The notes beneath the pieces are model-generated. The model made no database searches, was not told where the DNA came from, and worked only from the letters and a program-made list of their open reading frames with translations. From an uncultured Parvularcula sp. (GTDB taxonomy: Bacteria; Pseudomonadota; Alphaproteobacteria; Caulobacterales; Parvularculaceae), in contig CALFRH010000477.1 of the NCBI GenBank assembly GCA_937919225.1, forward strand, positions 546 to 64,545: a stretch of DNA of 64,000 bases, given 5' to 3'. Of the stretch, positions 8,124-18,446 are shown one piece after another. Within the stretch, counting starts at the first letter, position 1; the number at the start of each line of letters is the position of its first letter. The position numbers were made by a program, and so were the translations under genes.

Positions 8124-9608
8124 ATGTTTGGAAAACGCCCCGCAGACACCGCAACCCCGCCCACACCCCGCCCTGCTGCAAAGAAGGCGGTAGCGGCACC
8201 AAAGCCGGCGGCCGCTGAGCCTAAGCCTTCGGCCAAAGAAGTGCCGCCCAAGGTTGCGAAGCCACCAAAGCCCAGCGGTGAAAAGCCGCAAGCCGCCCCT
8301 GCGGCGCCGAAAGCCGGTGCGGCGGACGATGTGCAATCGGAGCGTTACTTCGAAACGAAGACGACGATCTTCAACGCTCTTATTGATACCATTGATCTGT
8401 CTCAGCTGTCGCAACTCGATATGGAGGCGGCCGCTGAAGAGATCCGTGACATTGTCAACGAGATCATCTCGATCAAGGGCCTGCAAATGTCGATCTCGGA
8501 GCAGGAATCCTTGCTCCAAGATATTTGCAATGACGTCCTCGGATATGGTCCTCTCGAACCGTTGCTGGCCCGAGACGATATTGCTGACATCATGGTCAAT
8601 GGGTCGAGCCGCGTCTTTATCGAGGTGGGCGGTAAGATTGAACTGACCAAGGTCCGATTCCGCGACAATGTTCAGTTGATGAACATCTGCCAACGGATTG
8701 TGAGCCAGGTGGGTCGGCGCGTTGATGAAGCCAGCCCGATTTGTGACGCGCGCTTGCCTGATGGCTCGCGGGTGAACGTGATTGCGCCGCCGCTGTCTAT
8801 CGATGGGGCGGCCCTCACCATCCGGAAGTTTAAAAAAGACAAGCTCACCATCAATAATTTGGTGGAGTTTGACTCGATCTCCCAAGTTGGGGCGGACGTT
8901 CTGGGCATTATTGGGGGATGTCGGATCAATACGCTGATCTCTGGCGGGACGGGTTCAGGTAAGACGACGCTGCTAAACTGTATGACCTCTTTCATTGAAG
9001 AGGATGAGCGGGTCATCACCTGCGAGGATGCGGCGGAACTCCAGCTCCAGCAGCCCCACGTGGTGCGTCTGGAAACAAGGCCGCCCAACCTTGAGGGGCA
9101 GGGCGAGGTTACAATGCGGGACCTCGTCAAGAACTGTCTGCGGATGCGCCCTGAGCGGATCATTGTGGGTGAGGTGCGGGGGCCTGAGGCCTTTGACCTC
9201 CTCCAGGCGATGAATACCGGCCATGATGGATCAATGGGGACGCTCCACGCAAACAGCCCGCGGGAAGCGTTACAGCGTCTTGAATCCATGATCACGATGG
9301 GGGGGCTCGGCCTTCCATCCAAAACAATCCGTGAAATGATTGTCGGGTCTGTTGATATTGTGATCCAGGCCGCCCGGCTACGGGATGGTTCCCGTCGGAT
9401 CACGCATATTACAGAGGTACTTGGTACCGAAGGGGATACGATCATCACCCAGGATCTCTTTGTCTACGACATTGAAGGCGAAGACGCTGACGGCAAGATT
9501 GCGGGACGGCACAAGTCCACCGGGATCGCCCGTCCAGCATTTTGGGATCGTGCGCGCTATTATGGTCGCCATACGGAATTGGCTGAGGCGCTCGACGCCG
9601 CAGAATAA
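8124..9608 (+). CDS. cpaF: Tad pilus ATPase CpaF/TadA
   Basis: Walker A GGTGSGKTT; LRMRPERIIVGEVRG; AMNTGHDGSMGTLHAN. Confidence 0.97.
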   Translation: MFGKRPADTATPPTPRPAAKKAVAAPKPAAAEPKPSAKEVPPKVAKPPKPSGEKPQAAPAAPKAGAADDVQSERYFETKTTIFNALIDTIDLSQLSQLDMEAAAEEIRDIVNEIISIKGLQMSISEQESLLQDICNDVLGYGPLEPLLARDDIADIMVNGSSRVFIEVGGKIELTKVRFRDNVQLMNICQRIVSQVGRRVDEASPICDARLPDGSRVNVIAPPLSIDGAALTIRKFKKDKLTINNLVEFDSISQVGADVLGIIGGCRINTLISGGTGSGKTTLLNCMTSFIEEDERVITCEDAAELQLQQPHVVRLETRPPNLEGQGEVTMRDLVKNCLRMRPERIIVGEVRGPEAFDLLQAMNTGHDGSMGTLHANSPREALQRLESMITMGGLGLPSKTIREMIVGSVDIVIQAARLRDGSRRITHITEVLGTEGDTIITQDLFVYDIEGEDADGKIAGRHKSTGIARPAFWDRARYYGRHTELAEALDAAE

Positions 9609-9629
9609 AGGAAACGTAAGGGCACAACA

Positions 9630-10616
9630 ATGGATCAACAAACGCTCATCATCATCATCGTGGGGGCTTTAAGCCTCGGCGGGGTGGCGTTTGCCCTTCT
9701 GGGCCCGTCCGAAAATGAAAAGGCGTCGAAACGGGCCGCCTCTTTGGGAGCATCTGGCTCGACAAAAAAGGCAGGCGGTCAAGCTGCTGATCCTGCAAAG
9801 GACCGCCGGAAGCAGGTGGCGGACAGCCTTAAAAAACTTGAAGAACAGCGCAAAGAGCTTTCGGTAAAAAAGAAGGTGACCCTACCTGAGCTGATCGCCC
9901 AGGCGGGTTTTGAGTTTACGGAGAGAGATTTTTACATGCTCTCCGCCATTGTCGCCTTGGTGATGGTGGGTGTCGGCTTTCTCACCGGTCAAGAGCCTTG
10001 GGTCGTTGGCGCCATGGGGATCGTTGGGGGCCTTGGCATGCCCCGGTGGTATTTGAACAGCGCTCGTAAAAAGCGGCAGAAGAAGTTCGCTGAAGAATTC
10101 TCCAATGCGATCGACGTTATCGTGCGCGGGGTGAAATCTGGCTTGCCGGTAAATGAGTGCCTTAAAATTATTGCCCGGGACGCGCAGAGCCCGGTGAAAG
10201 AAGAATTCCACCTTCTGACCGAGGGGATCAGACTTGGTTTCTCTCTCGAGCAATCGTTAGAGCGGATGTATAACCGTATGCCGATTAATGAGGTGAACTT
10301 CTTTTCGATTGTGCTCATTATTCAAAAGCAGACCGGGGGTAACCTAGCGGATGCCCTTGGTAACCTTAGTAACGTGCTCCGTAGTCGAAAGATGATGCTC
10401 GGCAAAATCGCTGCCCTCTCGATGGAGGCTAAAGCGTCCGCCGCTATTCTTGCGACGATGCCCTTCTTTGTGACGGGCCTCGTGCAATTGTCGGCCCCAG
10501 ATTATTTGGTGCCTTTGTACACAACCCCGAATGGGCAATTCATGCTGATTGGTGGGGGGTTATGGATGATGATCGGTGTCTTCGTCATGAAGGGCATGAT
10601 CAATATTAAGGTGTAG
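9630..10616 (+). CDS. tadB: TadB platform protein
   Basis: T2SSF domain: RGVKSGLP, QKQTGGNLADAL. Confidence 0.93.
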   Translation: MDQQTLIIIIVGALSLGGVAFALLGPSENEKASKRAASLGASGSTKKAGGQAADPAKDRRKQVADSLKKLEEQRKELSVKKKVTLPELIAQAGFEFTERDFYMLSAIVALVMVGVGFLTGQEPWVVGAMGIVGGLGMPRWYLNSARKKRQKKFAEEFSNAIDVIVRGVKSGLPVNECLKIIARDAQSPVKEEFHLLTEGIRLGFSLEQSLERMYNRMPINEVNFFSIVLIIQKQTGGNLADALGNLSNVLRSRKMMLGKIAALSMEAKASAAILATMPFFVTGLVQLSAPDYLVPLYTTPNGQFMLIGGGLWMMIGVFVMKGMINIKV

Positions 10617-11635
10617 TGATGGATATTATTGAAGCCGTCACTGACCGGCAAACCCAAATCGCGATTCTCGCCGCTGTCGCGACGGCGGCCACTGCCCTCA
10701 CTTTGATTGGGCCTCTCTTACAAACTGATCCTATGCGGGAGCGGGCGAAGCGGGTTGCGGATTATAAAGAAAATCTTCGCCAGCAATCCCGCGCTGAACT
10801 TCATCAAGAAGCCAAAGGGCCGAGCCTCAGAAACGCGGCTGCTCAGGGGCTAGGCCGGCAGATCGTTGAGCAATTCAAACTTTTTGAGCTGTTCGATGCT
10901 GAGGGCGCCCGGAAGAAACTGGTGATGGCGGGGATGCGCGGTGAACGACCTGTGTTCACCTTTATGTTGGCTCGGGTTGTCACGCCCGTGGGTGCGATGC
11001 TGGTCGCGGCCTTTTATGTTTATGTTTTGGAGGTTGGTGACCTTGGCAGCTTTATGCGCCTAATGGCCACCATTGGGGCATTGTTTATTGGGTATTATCT
11101 CCCCAACGTCTACGTGACGAACGCCATTCAAAAGCGCCAGCAGAAGATTCAATTGGCGTTCCCTGACTCTCTGGACCTTCTCTTGATCTGTGTTGAGTCC
11201 GGGATGTCGATTGAGGCGGCGATGCAAAAAGTCACCGAAGAGGTGGCGAGCAACTGCCCAGAACTGGGTGAGGAATATGGGTTGACCACTGCGGAACTCT
11301 CCTACCTCCAGGATCGGAAGATGGCATATGCAAATCTCGGTGAACGGACCGGGGTTGAAGGCATTAAGGCTGTGGTGACGGCGCTCATCCAATCTGAGAC
11401 CTACGGGACGCCCTTGGGGCAATCCTTGCGGGTGATGGCCGCTGAAAACCGTGAGCTGAGGATGCAAGAGGCGGAGAAAAAGGCAGCCGCCCTGCCGCCA
11501 AAACTCACTGTACCAATGATTTTGTTCTTCCTACCGGTCCTATTCGTCGTGATCCTCGCGCCCGGCGCGATTACCGCCATGGGGACGAAGGAGGACCAAA
11601 CCCAGCAAACCGCCGAGGTGGACGCTGGGGGTTAG
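10616..11635 (+). CDS. tadC: TadC platform protein
   Basis: FPDSLDLLLICVESG, YGTPL, LPPKLTVPMILFFLP. Confidence 0.93.
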   Translation: MMDIIEAVTDRQTQIAILAAVATAATALTLIGPLLQTDPMRERAKRVADYKENLRQQSRAELHQEAKGPSLRNAAAQGLGRQIVEQFKLFELFDAEGARKKLVMAGMRGERPVFTFMLARVVTPVGAMLVAAFYVYVLEVGDLGSFMRLMATIGALFIGYYLPNVYVTNAIQKRQQKIQLAFPDSLDLLLICVESGMSIEAAMQKVTEEVASNCPELGEEYGLTTAELSYLQDRKMAYANLGERTGVEGIKAVVTALIQSETYGTPLGQSLRVMAAENRELRMQEAEKKAAALPPKLTVPMILFFLPVLFVVILAPGAITAMGTKEDQTQQTAEVDAGG

Positions 11636-11739
11636 ACCGTTGCGGGACCACCCGATTGAATCGGACAAAGTTGGCTCGCGCGCGAAAACAAAGACTCTAT
11701 AAGCATCGGCTCATTCAATCAGAACACCTGATACTATAG
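11633..11739 (-). repeat. ~105-bp palindromic dispersed repeat, copy A
   Basis: Reverse complement aligns with 60978-61080 and 17208-17312 (ATC(A/G)GGTGTTCTGA...GAGTCTTTGTTTT). Confidence 0.8.
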
Positions 11740-11850
11740 AGCCTGTCGCTGTCCCAAAGGTCTAATGAACAAGCCGTTGGGAACGGAACATACCGGGCTT
11801 TGAGGAAATCCTTGCGCGCGTCGGGCGATATGATATAGGGGTGTAGCACC

Positions 11851-12864
11851 CTATTCCGCCTCATCCTGACGATAAGCAAGAGCCATGGGCGCCCCAGCCG
11901 CCGGGGCAGCGTTTGGGACAGTTGGTCTTACAGATGCCTGAACCGTCGCGCTTGGCGCTGGGGTTCCTTTGATGGGGCCGGGGGTTGGGGCGACCGGCAC
12001 CCGGCGCCCTTTCGGTGCATCGGCAGGATCCGGGACAGGGGTCGCCTGCGGCGCAAGGCTGATGCTGTTAGGATCATCGCCGAAGTCCGGCAGGTCGACA
12101 TTCGCAGAGTCCAAATCCTGCCAATAAGCCGGTCCACGGACTAAATTCTGATAGTAGGAGACGTTTTGATCGGCCACGGATGGGGGTAAATCTGACCTCG
12201 CCAATCTCTCAGCTTCCGTCGTCCGTCCATTAAGGGCGAGCACCAGGGCGAGGTTTTGCCGCATCCGCGAGCTGCCGTCCGGCGCCGTCGTGGCGATCCG
12301 CAAGGTGCGCTCGGCCATCCGGGCGTCTCCCGCTAGGGCGTAGGACAGGCCTTTATTGTTGAGGATCTGGGCTTTGTTCGGGGCCAGGGTGAGGGCCGTA
12401 TCATAGTGCCGCCGCGCGCGACCATGCTTACCGATTTTGTCGTAGGCGACCCCTAAGGCGGAGTGCGCTGACCAATCATCCACATTGCCCATGGCGATTG
12501 ACCGTTCGATGGGCCGCACCGCTTCATGGGCGCGGTCATTGGCGATGAGGGCCTTGCCCACCTCCAACAGAACGTCTGCGTCATCGCCGATGCGGACCGA
12601 CGCGTGCTGGATCACCCGCAGCGCCTCTTCATTATTGTCGACCGCCCTTAGGGCTTTGGAGAAGGATACAGCCACCTTGGGGTCCGTGGGCGTGCGATCA
12701 TAGCGGGTGCCCCAATAAGCGGCGGAGGCGATGGGATCCATCCCCTCCGTCTCGGTGTGGCCGATTACCTCCACCTGCTTTTGCACGCCCATAGAGGCGC
12801 ACCCAGCGGTGGCGAGCGCCATTAGGCTCACGGCGACGAAACGGGCGGACAAATGACTGGCCAT
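11851..12864 (-). CDS. tadD: TadD-like TPR lipoprotein
   Basis: Lipobox TAGC; TPRs with ILNNKGLSYAL and RQNLALVLAL; convergent with tadC. Confidence 0.85.
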   Translation of the reverse strand: MASHLSARFVAVSLMALATAGCASMGVQKQVEVIGHTETEGMDPIASAAYWGTRYDRTPTDPKVAVSFSKALRAVDNNEEALRVIQHASVRIGDDADVLLEVGKALIANDRAHEAVRPIERSIAMGNVDDWSAHSALGVAYDKIGKHGRARRHYDTALTLAPNKAQILNNKGLSYALAGDARMAERTLRIATTAPDGSSRMRQNLALVLALNGRTTEAERLARSDLPPSVADQNVSYYQNLVRGPAYWQDLDSANVDLPDFGDDPNSISLAPQATPVPDPADAPKGRRVPVAPTPGPIKGTPAPSATVQASVRPTVPNAAPAAGAPMALAYRQDEAE

Positions 12865-12973
12865 GGGATAACCCTTGAATTTCCTGGCGGCGCAGCGCCG
12901 CATGGATCAAACTTCGTCGAATCTGGCGAAAAAAGTCTTAAATTCAGGTTCGAATGTGAAAGGACTGCTGCCC

Positions 12974-14347
12974 ATGGCTGAGATGCTGCCGACCTTCTGT
13001 GCCCCCAATCCCGATCTTCAAGCTAAAGCATTGAAAATATGGCTTATTTCTGCCGAGGGCGGGATGCAGGCGGTGGCAGAGAAAGTGCCTCAGGCGGTCA
13101 AAATTGCTGAACTGGGACGGTTTAGGGGCGGCGTGGGGCAGGTGGTGCCGTTTACCGATGGGGTTCTTGTGGGCGTTGGCGCCGGTGATGACCCCTTCGC
13201 CTTGGGGGCGGCGAGCGCCCGGCTACCCGAAGGCCTCTATCAGCTGGCAGAGCCGCCAGAAGGGGAAGAGGGTTATTTGAGCGCCCTTGGCTGGGCCCTC
13301 GGCGCCTATCAGTTCGGCCGGTACAAGGAGCGCGCGGCGCCCCCCACGCTCATGGTGGACGGCGCCATTGATCTATCGCGTCTTACCCGAGAGGCGGCAG
13401 CGGTTGGCCTCGCGCGCGATATGATCAACACACCAGCGGAGGAAATGGGCCCTGACGATATCGCATCGATGGCCCTGGCGGTTGCAGGCGATCATGGGGC
13501 CACGGTCGACATCATTGAGGGGGAAGCGCTCGAGACGGGTTTTCCGCTTATCCATGCGGTGGGCCGGGCGGCGGCAATCCCGCCGCGGCTGATCGACTTG
13601 CGCTGGGGCCCTGCGGACGGGGTCCCCATAACGATTGTGGGTAAAGGCGTTTGCTTTGATTCAGGGGGGCTGAACATCAAGCCGGGCGGCAGCATGGCGC
13701 TGATGAAAAAGGATATGGGGGGAGCGGCGAACGCCCTTGGCCTGGCCCAGATGATGATGGCTGGCGAGCTGAATATCCGCCTACGGCTCCTCATCCCGGC
13801 CGTTGAAAATGCGATTGCGGGCAATGCCTTCCGACCTGGCGATGTGTTCCGGGCGCGCAACGGTCAGACCGTCGAGATCTCCAATACCGATGCTGAGGGG
13901 CGGCTGATCCTCGCCGATGCTTTGGCTTATGGGGCGGAGGAACCCCCCGCGCGGATGATTTCGCTGGCCACCCTAACGGGCGCGGCGCGGGTCGCTCTCG
14001 GCCCTGATATGCCGCCCATTTATTCCACCGATGAGGCCTTCGCCCATGAGGTGCGGGCGGCTGGGGACCGGTTGGCTGACCCTGTATGGCCCATGCCCCT
14101 GTGGCGGCGGTATGAAGACTATCTGTCGTCAGACATTGCGGATGTGAACCACGCTTCTCCTAACAGTTTTGGTGGGTCGATCACCGCCGCTTTATTTCTA
14201 ACCCGGTTCGTGCCGAAAACCATTCCCTATACGCATTTAGATATTTATGCGTGGACGCCGAAAGGCCGCCCTGGCCGGCCAAAGGGGGGAGAGGCTCAAT
14301 CCATTCGTGCATTGTACGATGTATTGGCCCACCCGCTGAGCCCGTGA
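12974..14347 (+). CDS. M17 leucyl aminopeptidase
   Basis: VGKGVCFDSGG, MKKDMGG, NTDAEGRL, ATLTGA. Confidence 0.95.
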   Translation: MAEMLPTFCAPNPDLQAKALKIWLISAEGGMQAVAEKVPQAVKIAELGRFRGGVGQVVPFTDGVLVGVGAGDDPFALGAASARLPEGLYQLAEPPEGEEGYLSALGWALGAYQFGRYKERAAPPTLMVDGAIDLSRLTREAAAVGLARDMINTPAEEMGPDDIASMALAVAGDHGATVDIIEGEALETGFPLIHAVGRAAAIPPRLIDLRWGPADGVPITIVGKGVCFDSGGLNIKPGGSMALMKKDMGGAANALGLAQMMMAGELNIRLRLLIPAVENAIAGNAFRPGDVFRARNGQTVEISNTDAEGRLILADALAYGAEEPPARMISLATLTGAARVALGPDMPPIYSTDEAFAHEVRAAGDRLADPVWPMPLWRRYEDYLSSDIADVNHASPNSFGGSITAALFLTRFVPKTIPYTHLDIYAWTPKGRPGRPKGGEAQSIRALYDVLAHPLSP

Positions 14348-14949
14348 CCCTATCAGACCCTATTATCGTGATTTTGGCCGGTGGACAGTCGGTCCGGATG
14401 GGCGGGGAGGATAAGGCTCTCAAACCCCTTGCGGGCAGGCGAATGATCGATTGGGTTGTGGCGGGGCTGCGCCCTCAAGCGGGCACGCTGCTGATCGCGG
14501 GGGATCAAGATCGGGGGACGGGCCTTCGATGCGTTCCTGATGCACCTGGCGCTCCGCCGGGGCCCGCAGCGGGACTTTACTCGGTCTCCCAATGGCTTTT
14601 TGAGAAAGAGCCATCAGCGGGTGGTTTCATCACCGTGCCGGTGGACACGCCCTTCTTGCCCCCGGATCTTGCCCCCCGATTGCGCCAGCCCGGAGGGTCC
14701 ACCATTGCTTCTGATGGGGAGCGGTGGCATCCCACCGTCGCCTATTGGGAACAAGGGCCGTTGCAAAAGCTCTGGCCGATGGCGCCGTCCGGTAAGGCCG
14801 CTGCGCTTCACGCGCTGGCAAGGCAATGCGGCGCGCGGCCGGTGATCTTCCCTGCGGGTTCGCTTCTCAATATCAACTCTCCTGATGGGCTGCTTGCAGC
14901 CGAAAAGGCTCTCGCTGCGGGCGAGATAGAGCCGATGGGCGGGGTTTGA
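14344..14949 (+). CDS. mobA: Molybdenum cofactor guanylyltransferase
   Basis: ILAGGQSVRMGGEDK, VPVDTPFLP, NINSP; GTG start overlaps upstream stop. Confidence 0.88.
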   Translation: MTLSDPIIVILAGGQSVRMGGEDKALKPLAGRRMIDWVVAGLRPQAGTLLIAGDQDRGTGLRCVPDAPGAPPGPAAGLYSVSQWLFEKEPSAGGFITVPVDTPFLPPDLAPRLRQPGGSTIASDGERWHPTVAYWEQGPLQKLWPMAPSGKAAALHALARQCGARPVIFPAGSLLNINSPDGLLAAEKALAAGEIEPMGGV

Positions 14950-15038
14950 CCTATTGGCCCATATGGCAGAGAACTCGAAATGCGCTGGTGGGCCCGTGTC
15001 AAAGTCCGTATAGCCATGCAACCTGTTGAGGAACGCAG

Positions 15039-17210
15039 ATGTCAGAGCAACCTCCTATTGGCGGCGGTGTAAAGAAAGTTCTTTACACCCTCCAGACGGT
15101 CAATCGCATTGGCGTGACCAAGGCGGCCAAAGCTCTTGGTGCTAAAAATGCGTGTAAGGCATGTGCGCTCGGCATGGGCGGACAAGAGGGAGGCATGACC
15201 AATGAGTTGGGCGAGTTTCCATCGGTTTGTAACAAAAGTGTGCAGGCTCAATCCACCGACATTCAGCCCGCTATCCCATCTGAAGTGTTTGCCCATCCAA
15301 TCTCGGAATTGCGCGAGCTCACCCCAAAAGAGCTTGAGCATTTAGGGCGTCTGGGGACCCCTCTCTTAAAGACAGCCGACAGTGATCGGTATAGGGAGGT
15401 TGAGTGGGAAGAGGCCCTTACCATCGCTGCGGACCGTTTGCGGGCCACCGACCCTGATCGCACGTTCTTTTACTCCTCCGGTCGATCCTCCAATGAGGCC
15501 GGCTTTTTGTTCCAGCTTTTGGCGCGGGTGTACGGGACCAACAATGTCACCAATTGCTCCTATTATTGCCATCAGGCCACCAGCGTGGCCCTCAACGAAA
15601 CAATTGGCAAAGGGACAGCGACGGTCGAGTTGGCTGATCTAGGCTTAGCGGATCTGATTTTTGTTATTGGGGCGAATCCATCCTCCAACCATCCCCGCTT
15701 TATCCATAAGCTGAAGGCGTGCCGCGAGCGGGGCGGCCAGGTGGTGGTGATCAACCCCGCGAAGGAGCCGGGCCTTGTCAAATTCGCCGTCCCCAAAAGC
15801 CCCAAATCTCTCCTGGTAGGGGGATCGGAGATCGCCTCTCTTTATCTGCAACCCCGGATTGGGGAGGATATCACCCTGTTTAAAGGGATCGCCAAAGCCC
15901 TATTGGCCCTTCGCGCGACGGATCTATCTTTTATTGCACAGTATACGGCAGGGTATGATGCCTTCATTGCCGATATCGAAGTGCTCAGCTGGCCTGATAT
16001 TGTGGACCGCTGCGGCGTCGCTCGGGACGATATTGAGGCGGCAGCAAGTGTTTATGCTGAGGCGCGATCGGCGGTTTTCGCATGGGGGATGGGGATGACC
16101 CATCACATCCATGGGGTTGAGAATATTGAATATATCTCAAACCTCGCGCTGATGCGCGGCATGGTAGGGCGTCCCGGTGCGGGCCTTTTGCCCCTGCGGG
16201 GGCATTCCAATGTGCAGGGCATTGGAACGATTGGGGTCAAGCCGGTTCTGGCCAATGATGTGATGGAAAGGCTCGAGCAACGGTTGGGCATCTCCCTGCC
16301 GCGATCTCTCGGTCTTGATACGATGGCGTCGATGCAGGCGGCGTCCGAGGGGCGTATGGACGCAGCGGTCCTTATGGGCGGTAATCTTTATGCGGCTAAT
16401 CCAGATTCTCAATGGGCGGAGGCGGCCTTAGGACGCATTGGGTTTCGCCTCAGCCTGACCACAACCCTCAACCAAAGTCATGTCTATGGGGTGGAGGGTA
16501 ATGATGTTCTCATCCTTCCCGTGACTGCCCGGGACGAAGAGTGGGAGCCCACCACCCAAGAATCGATGTTCAATTATGTCCGCTTTAGTGATGGCGGTAT
16601 TCAGCGCCTCCCAAATGTCCGTCCTGAGACGGTCATCCTCGCTGATCTTGGGGAGCGAGTGATGGGCCCGGCTACCGTTGATTTTGCTGCGTTCAAACGG
16701 CACCGCACCCTGCGACAGGCCATTGCGGCTACTGTTCCGGGTATGGAGGATTTGGCAGATATCGATGTTGCTAAGAAAGAGTTTCATATTCGGCAGCGGA
16801 TATTGCATGAACCTGTGTTCAGCACGCCAACGGGAAAGGCTCATTTCAGAACATGCGAACCCGCAAAGGATGCCGATGAGGCGCCCTTTCGGCTCAGCAC
16901 CCTGCGAAGTGAAGGGCAGTTCAACTCGATCATCTATGAGGAGAAGGATAGCTATCGCGGGACCAGCAGCCGTTGGTCGGTATTGATGAACAAAGATGAT
17001 ATCGCGGCCCTAGGCCTTCAGCAGGGCGGTATGGCCACTATTCGTTCATCCCATGGCGTCATGGAGGGGGTGGTGGTTACCGCTTTCGACGTGCCGCCTG
17101 GATCTGTCTTGGCGTACTATCCTGAGGCCAATGTTCTGACCGGTACGGCTGTTGATCCGCGGAGTAAAACGCCGTCGTTTAAATCAACGCCTGTTTGGGT
17201 GGAGGCGTAG
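15039..17210 (+). CDS. FdhF/YdeP family molybdopterin oxidoreductase
   Basis: FYSSGRSSNEA, NNVTNCSYYCH, PLRGHSNVQG, TLRSEGQFNS, SKTPSFKS. Confidence 0.92.
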   Translation: MSEQPPIGGGVKKVLYTLQTVNRIGVTKAAKALGAKNACKACALGMGGQEGGMTNELGEFPSVCNKSVQAQSTDIQPAIPSEVFAHPISELRELTPKELEHLGRLGTPLLKTADSDRYREVEWEEALTIAADRLRATDPDRTFFYSSGRSSNEAGFLFQLLARVYGTNNVTNCSYYCHQATSVALNETIGKGTATVELADLGLADLIFVIGANPSSNHPRFIHKLKACRERGGQVVVINPAKEPGLVKFAVPKSPKSLLVGGSEIASLYLQPRIGEDITLFKGIAKALLALRATDLSFIAQYTAGYDAFIADIEVLSWPDIVDRCGVARDDIEAAASVYAEARSAVFAWGMGMTHHIHGVENIEYISNLALMRGMVGRPGAGLLPLRGHSNVQGIGTIGVKPVLANDVMERLEQRLGISLPRSLGLDTMASMQAASEGRMDAAVLMGGNLYAANPDSQWAEAALGRIGFRLSLTTTLNQSHVYGVEGNDVLILPVTARDEEWEPTTQESMFNYVRFSDGGIQRLPNVRPETVILADLGERVMGPATVDFAAFKRHRTLRQAIAATVPGMEDLADIDVAKKEFHIRQRILHEPVFSTPTGKAHFRTCEPAKDADEAPFRLSTLRSEGQFNSIIYEEKDSYRGTSSRWSVLMNKDDIAALGLQQGGMATIRSSHGVMEGVVVTAFDVPPGSVLAYYPEANVLTGTAVDPRSKTPSFKSTPVWVEA

Positions 17211-17312
17211 AGCATCGGGTGTTCTGATTAAATGAGGCCGGTGCAATCGAGTCTTTGTTTTTCGTATCGCTTTTTGCCGAAAACCGCATACACTTTACGG
17301 CGCGATGCTATA
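17208..17312 (+). repeat. ~105-bp palindromic dispersed repeat, copy B
   Basis: TAGAGCATCG...CGATGCTATA inverted ends; core GAGTCTTTGTTTT; fills the gap between two convergent stop codons. Confidence 0.8.
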
Positions 17313-17313
17313 A

Positions 17314-18177
17314 TCAGCTCAACACACCGATCTGTCGTAACACCGTTTGGACAGCCGATTGACGCTTGCCAATATCTTCTGGTGACAGAATATCGATGTT
17401 CAAAGCGAAATAGTAGGTGTCGGTCTTGCCTCTGTCATCGACCGTATCCACCCAACCCACATACCAGCCAATGCTGCTACGGCCATTTCGGCTAGCCAGT
17501 CCCGTCTTGGCGTATAGGGTCCAGCCCTCCCCTTGGGCTTCTGTCATAATATCTCGGGCGGCCCGGTAGGTGCCTGGTGAAAAGGGCAGTTCTTCTTGGG
17601 CGACCGTGACCAGGAAACGAACCTGCTCATTCGCGGACACAGCCAAGGGTCCCCTCAGCCAGTAGGTGGTGAGGTCCTCGGGCGTGCCGATATTCTGATT
17701 GCCAAAGTCGGTTAGGTCGATCCATTCGGCCATTGTTGTGTGCCCCAGGGTCTGGGCAATGGCTTGATAAACCCATACCGCTGAGCGCTCATAGGCGGTG
17801 GAGAGGGTTTGAGCCTGGTTCCAGCTCGAGATGGCGCGCTCTTTCCCGTCCCATGCATATTGCGTTTCCGGCGTGGCGACCCCGCTTTCAAGAGCGATGT
17901 AGGTATGGGGGATTTTTGCTGTCGAAGCGGGACTGTAACGCTGTTCCAGCCGGCCTTCATTGCTGTACCACTCCGCACCGTCCGATTGGCGGCGAACCAG
18001 AAGCGTTGCGGTTTCAAACACAACCCCTTCCGCTTCGAGAAGGGGGGTCACATCAACCCTTGGCCCTCTCGACTGCTGTTCGCAGGCTGCCATCAGCAGC
18101 GCTAGTCCTATCATCAGGCCAAAGCGATAAGATGCAGGGAATTGGCGATCCCGCTGAGCATGGGAAAATGATGGCAT
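17314..18177 (-). CDS. Class D (OXA-type) beta-lactamase family lipoprotein
   Basis: PASTAK (SxxK), SAV (SxV), FGN, YWLRGPL, KTG, GWYVGWV; lipobox MAAC; start at ATG after GAGAGG. Confidence 0.88.
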   Translation of the reverse strand: MPSFSHAQRDRQFPASYRFGLMIGLALLMAACEQQSRGPRVDVTPLLEAEGVVFETATLLVRRQSDGAEWYSNEGRLEQRYSPASTAKIPHTYIALESGVATPETQYAWDGKERAISSWNQAQTLSTAYERSAVWVYQAIAQTLGHTTMAEWIDLTDFGNQNIGTPEDLTTYWLRGPLAVSANEQVRFLVTVAQEELPFSPGTYRAARDIMTEAQGEGWTLYAKTGLASRNGRSSIGWYVGWVDTVDDRGKTDTYYFALNIDILSPEDIGKRQSAVQTVLRQIGVLS

Positions 18178-18379
18178 ACCGAACCTCTCCGCAAATCTCT
18201 TTGCCTTAACGGAGGAAAGGTCGCTATCCCGCGAGATGGGGGACCGGAGGGTTAAAAATGCTATTTGGTAAGAGTGAGCGCGGATAACCGTCATGTGGAT
18301 AACGAAACTGGCCACTCACGCTTGCTATCAAGAGAAAATCAACGCTTTAGTCAGGGTTGCGATGATTCGGTAAGGATGA

Positions 18380-18412
18380 TGAAGGGTTTGTTAACCGTTT
18401 AATAACGGTTGA
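18380..18412 (+). promoter_or_regulatory. Tandem CtrA-type half-sites upstream of divL
   Basis: TGAA-N7-TTAAC and TTAA-N7-ATAAC sharing TTAA at 18391; also TTTA-N7-TTGA (18398-18412). Confidence 0.55.
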
Positions 18413-18446
18413 CCCATCTCCTACCGGAGGGCGGCTTCGTGCCATA

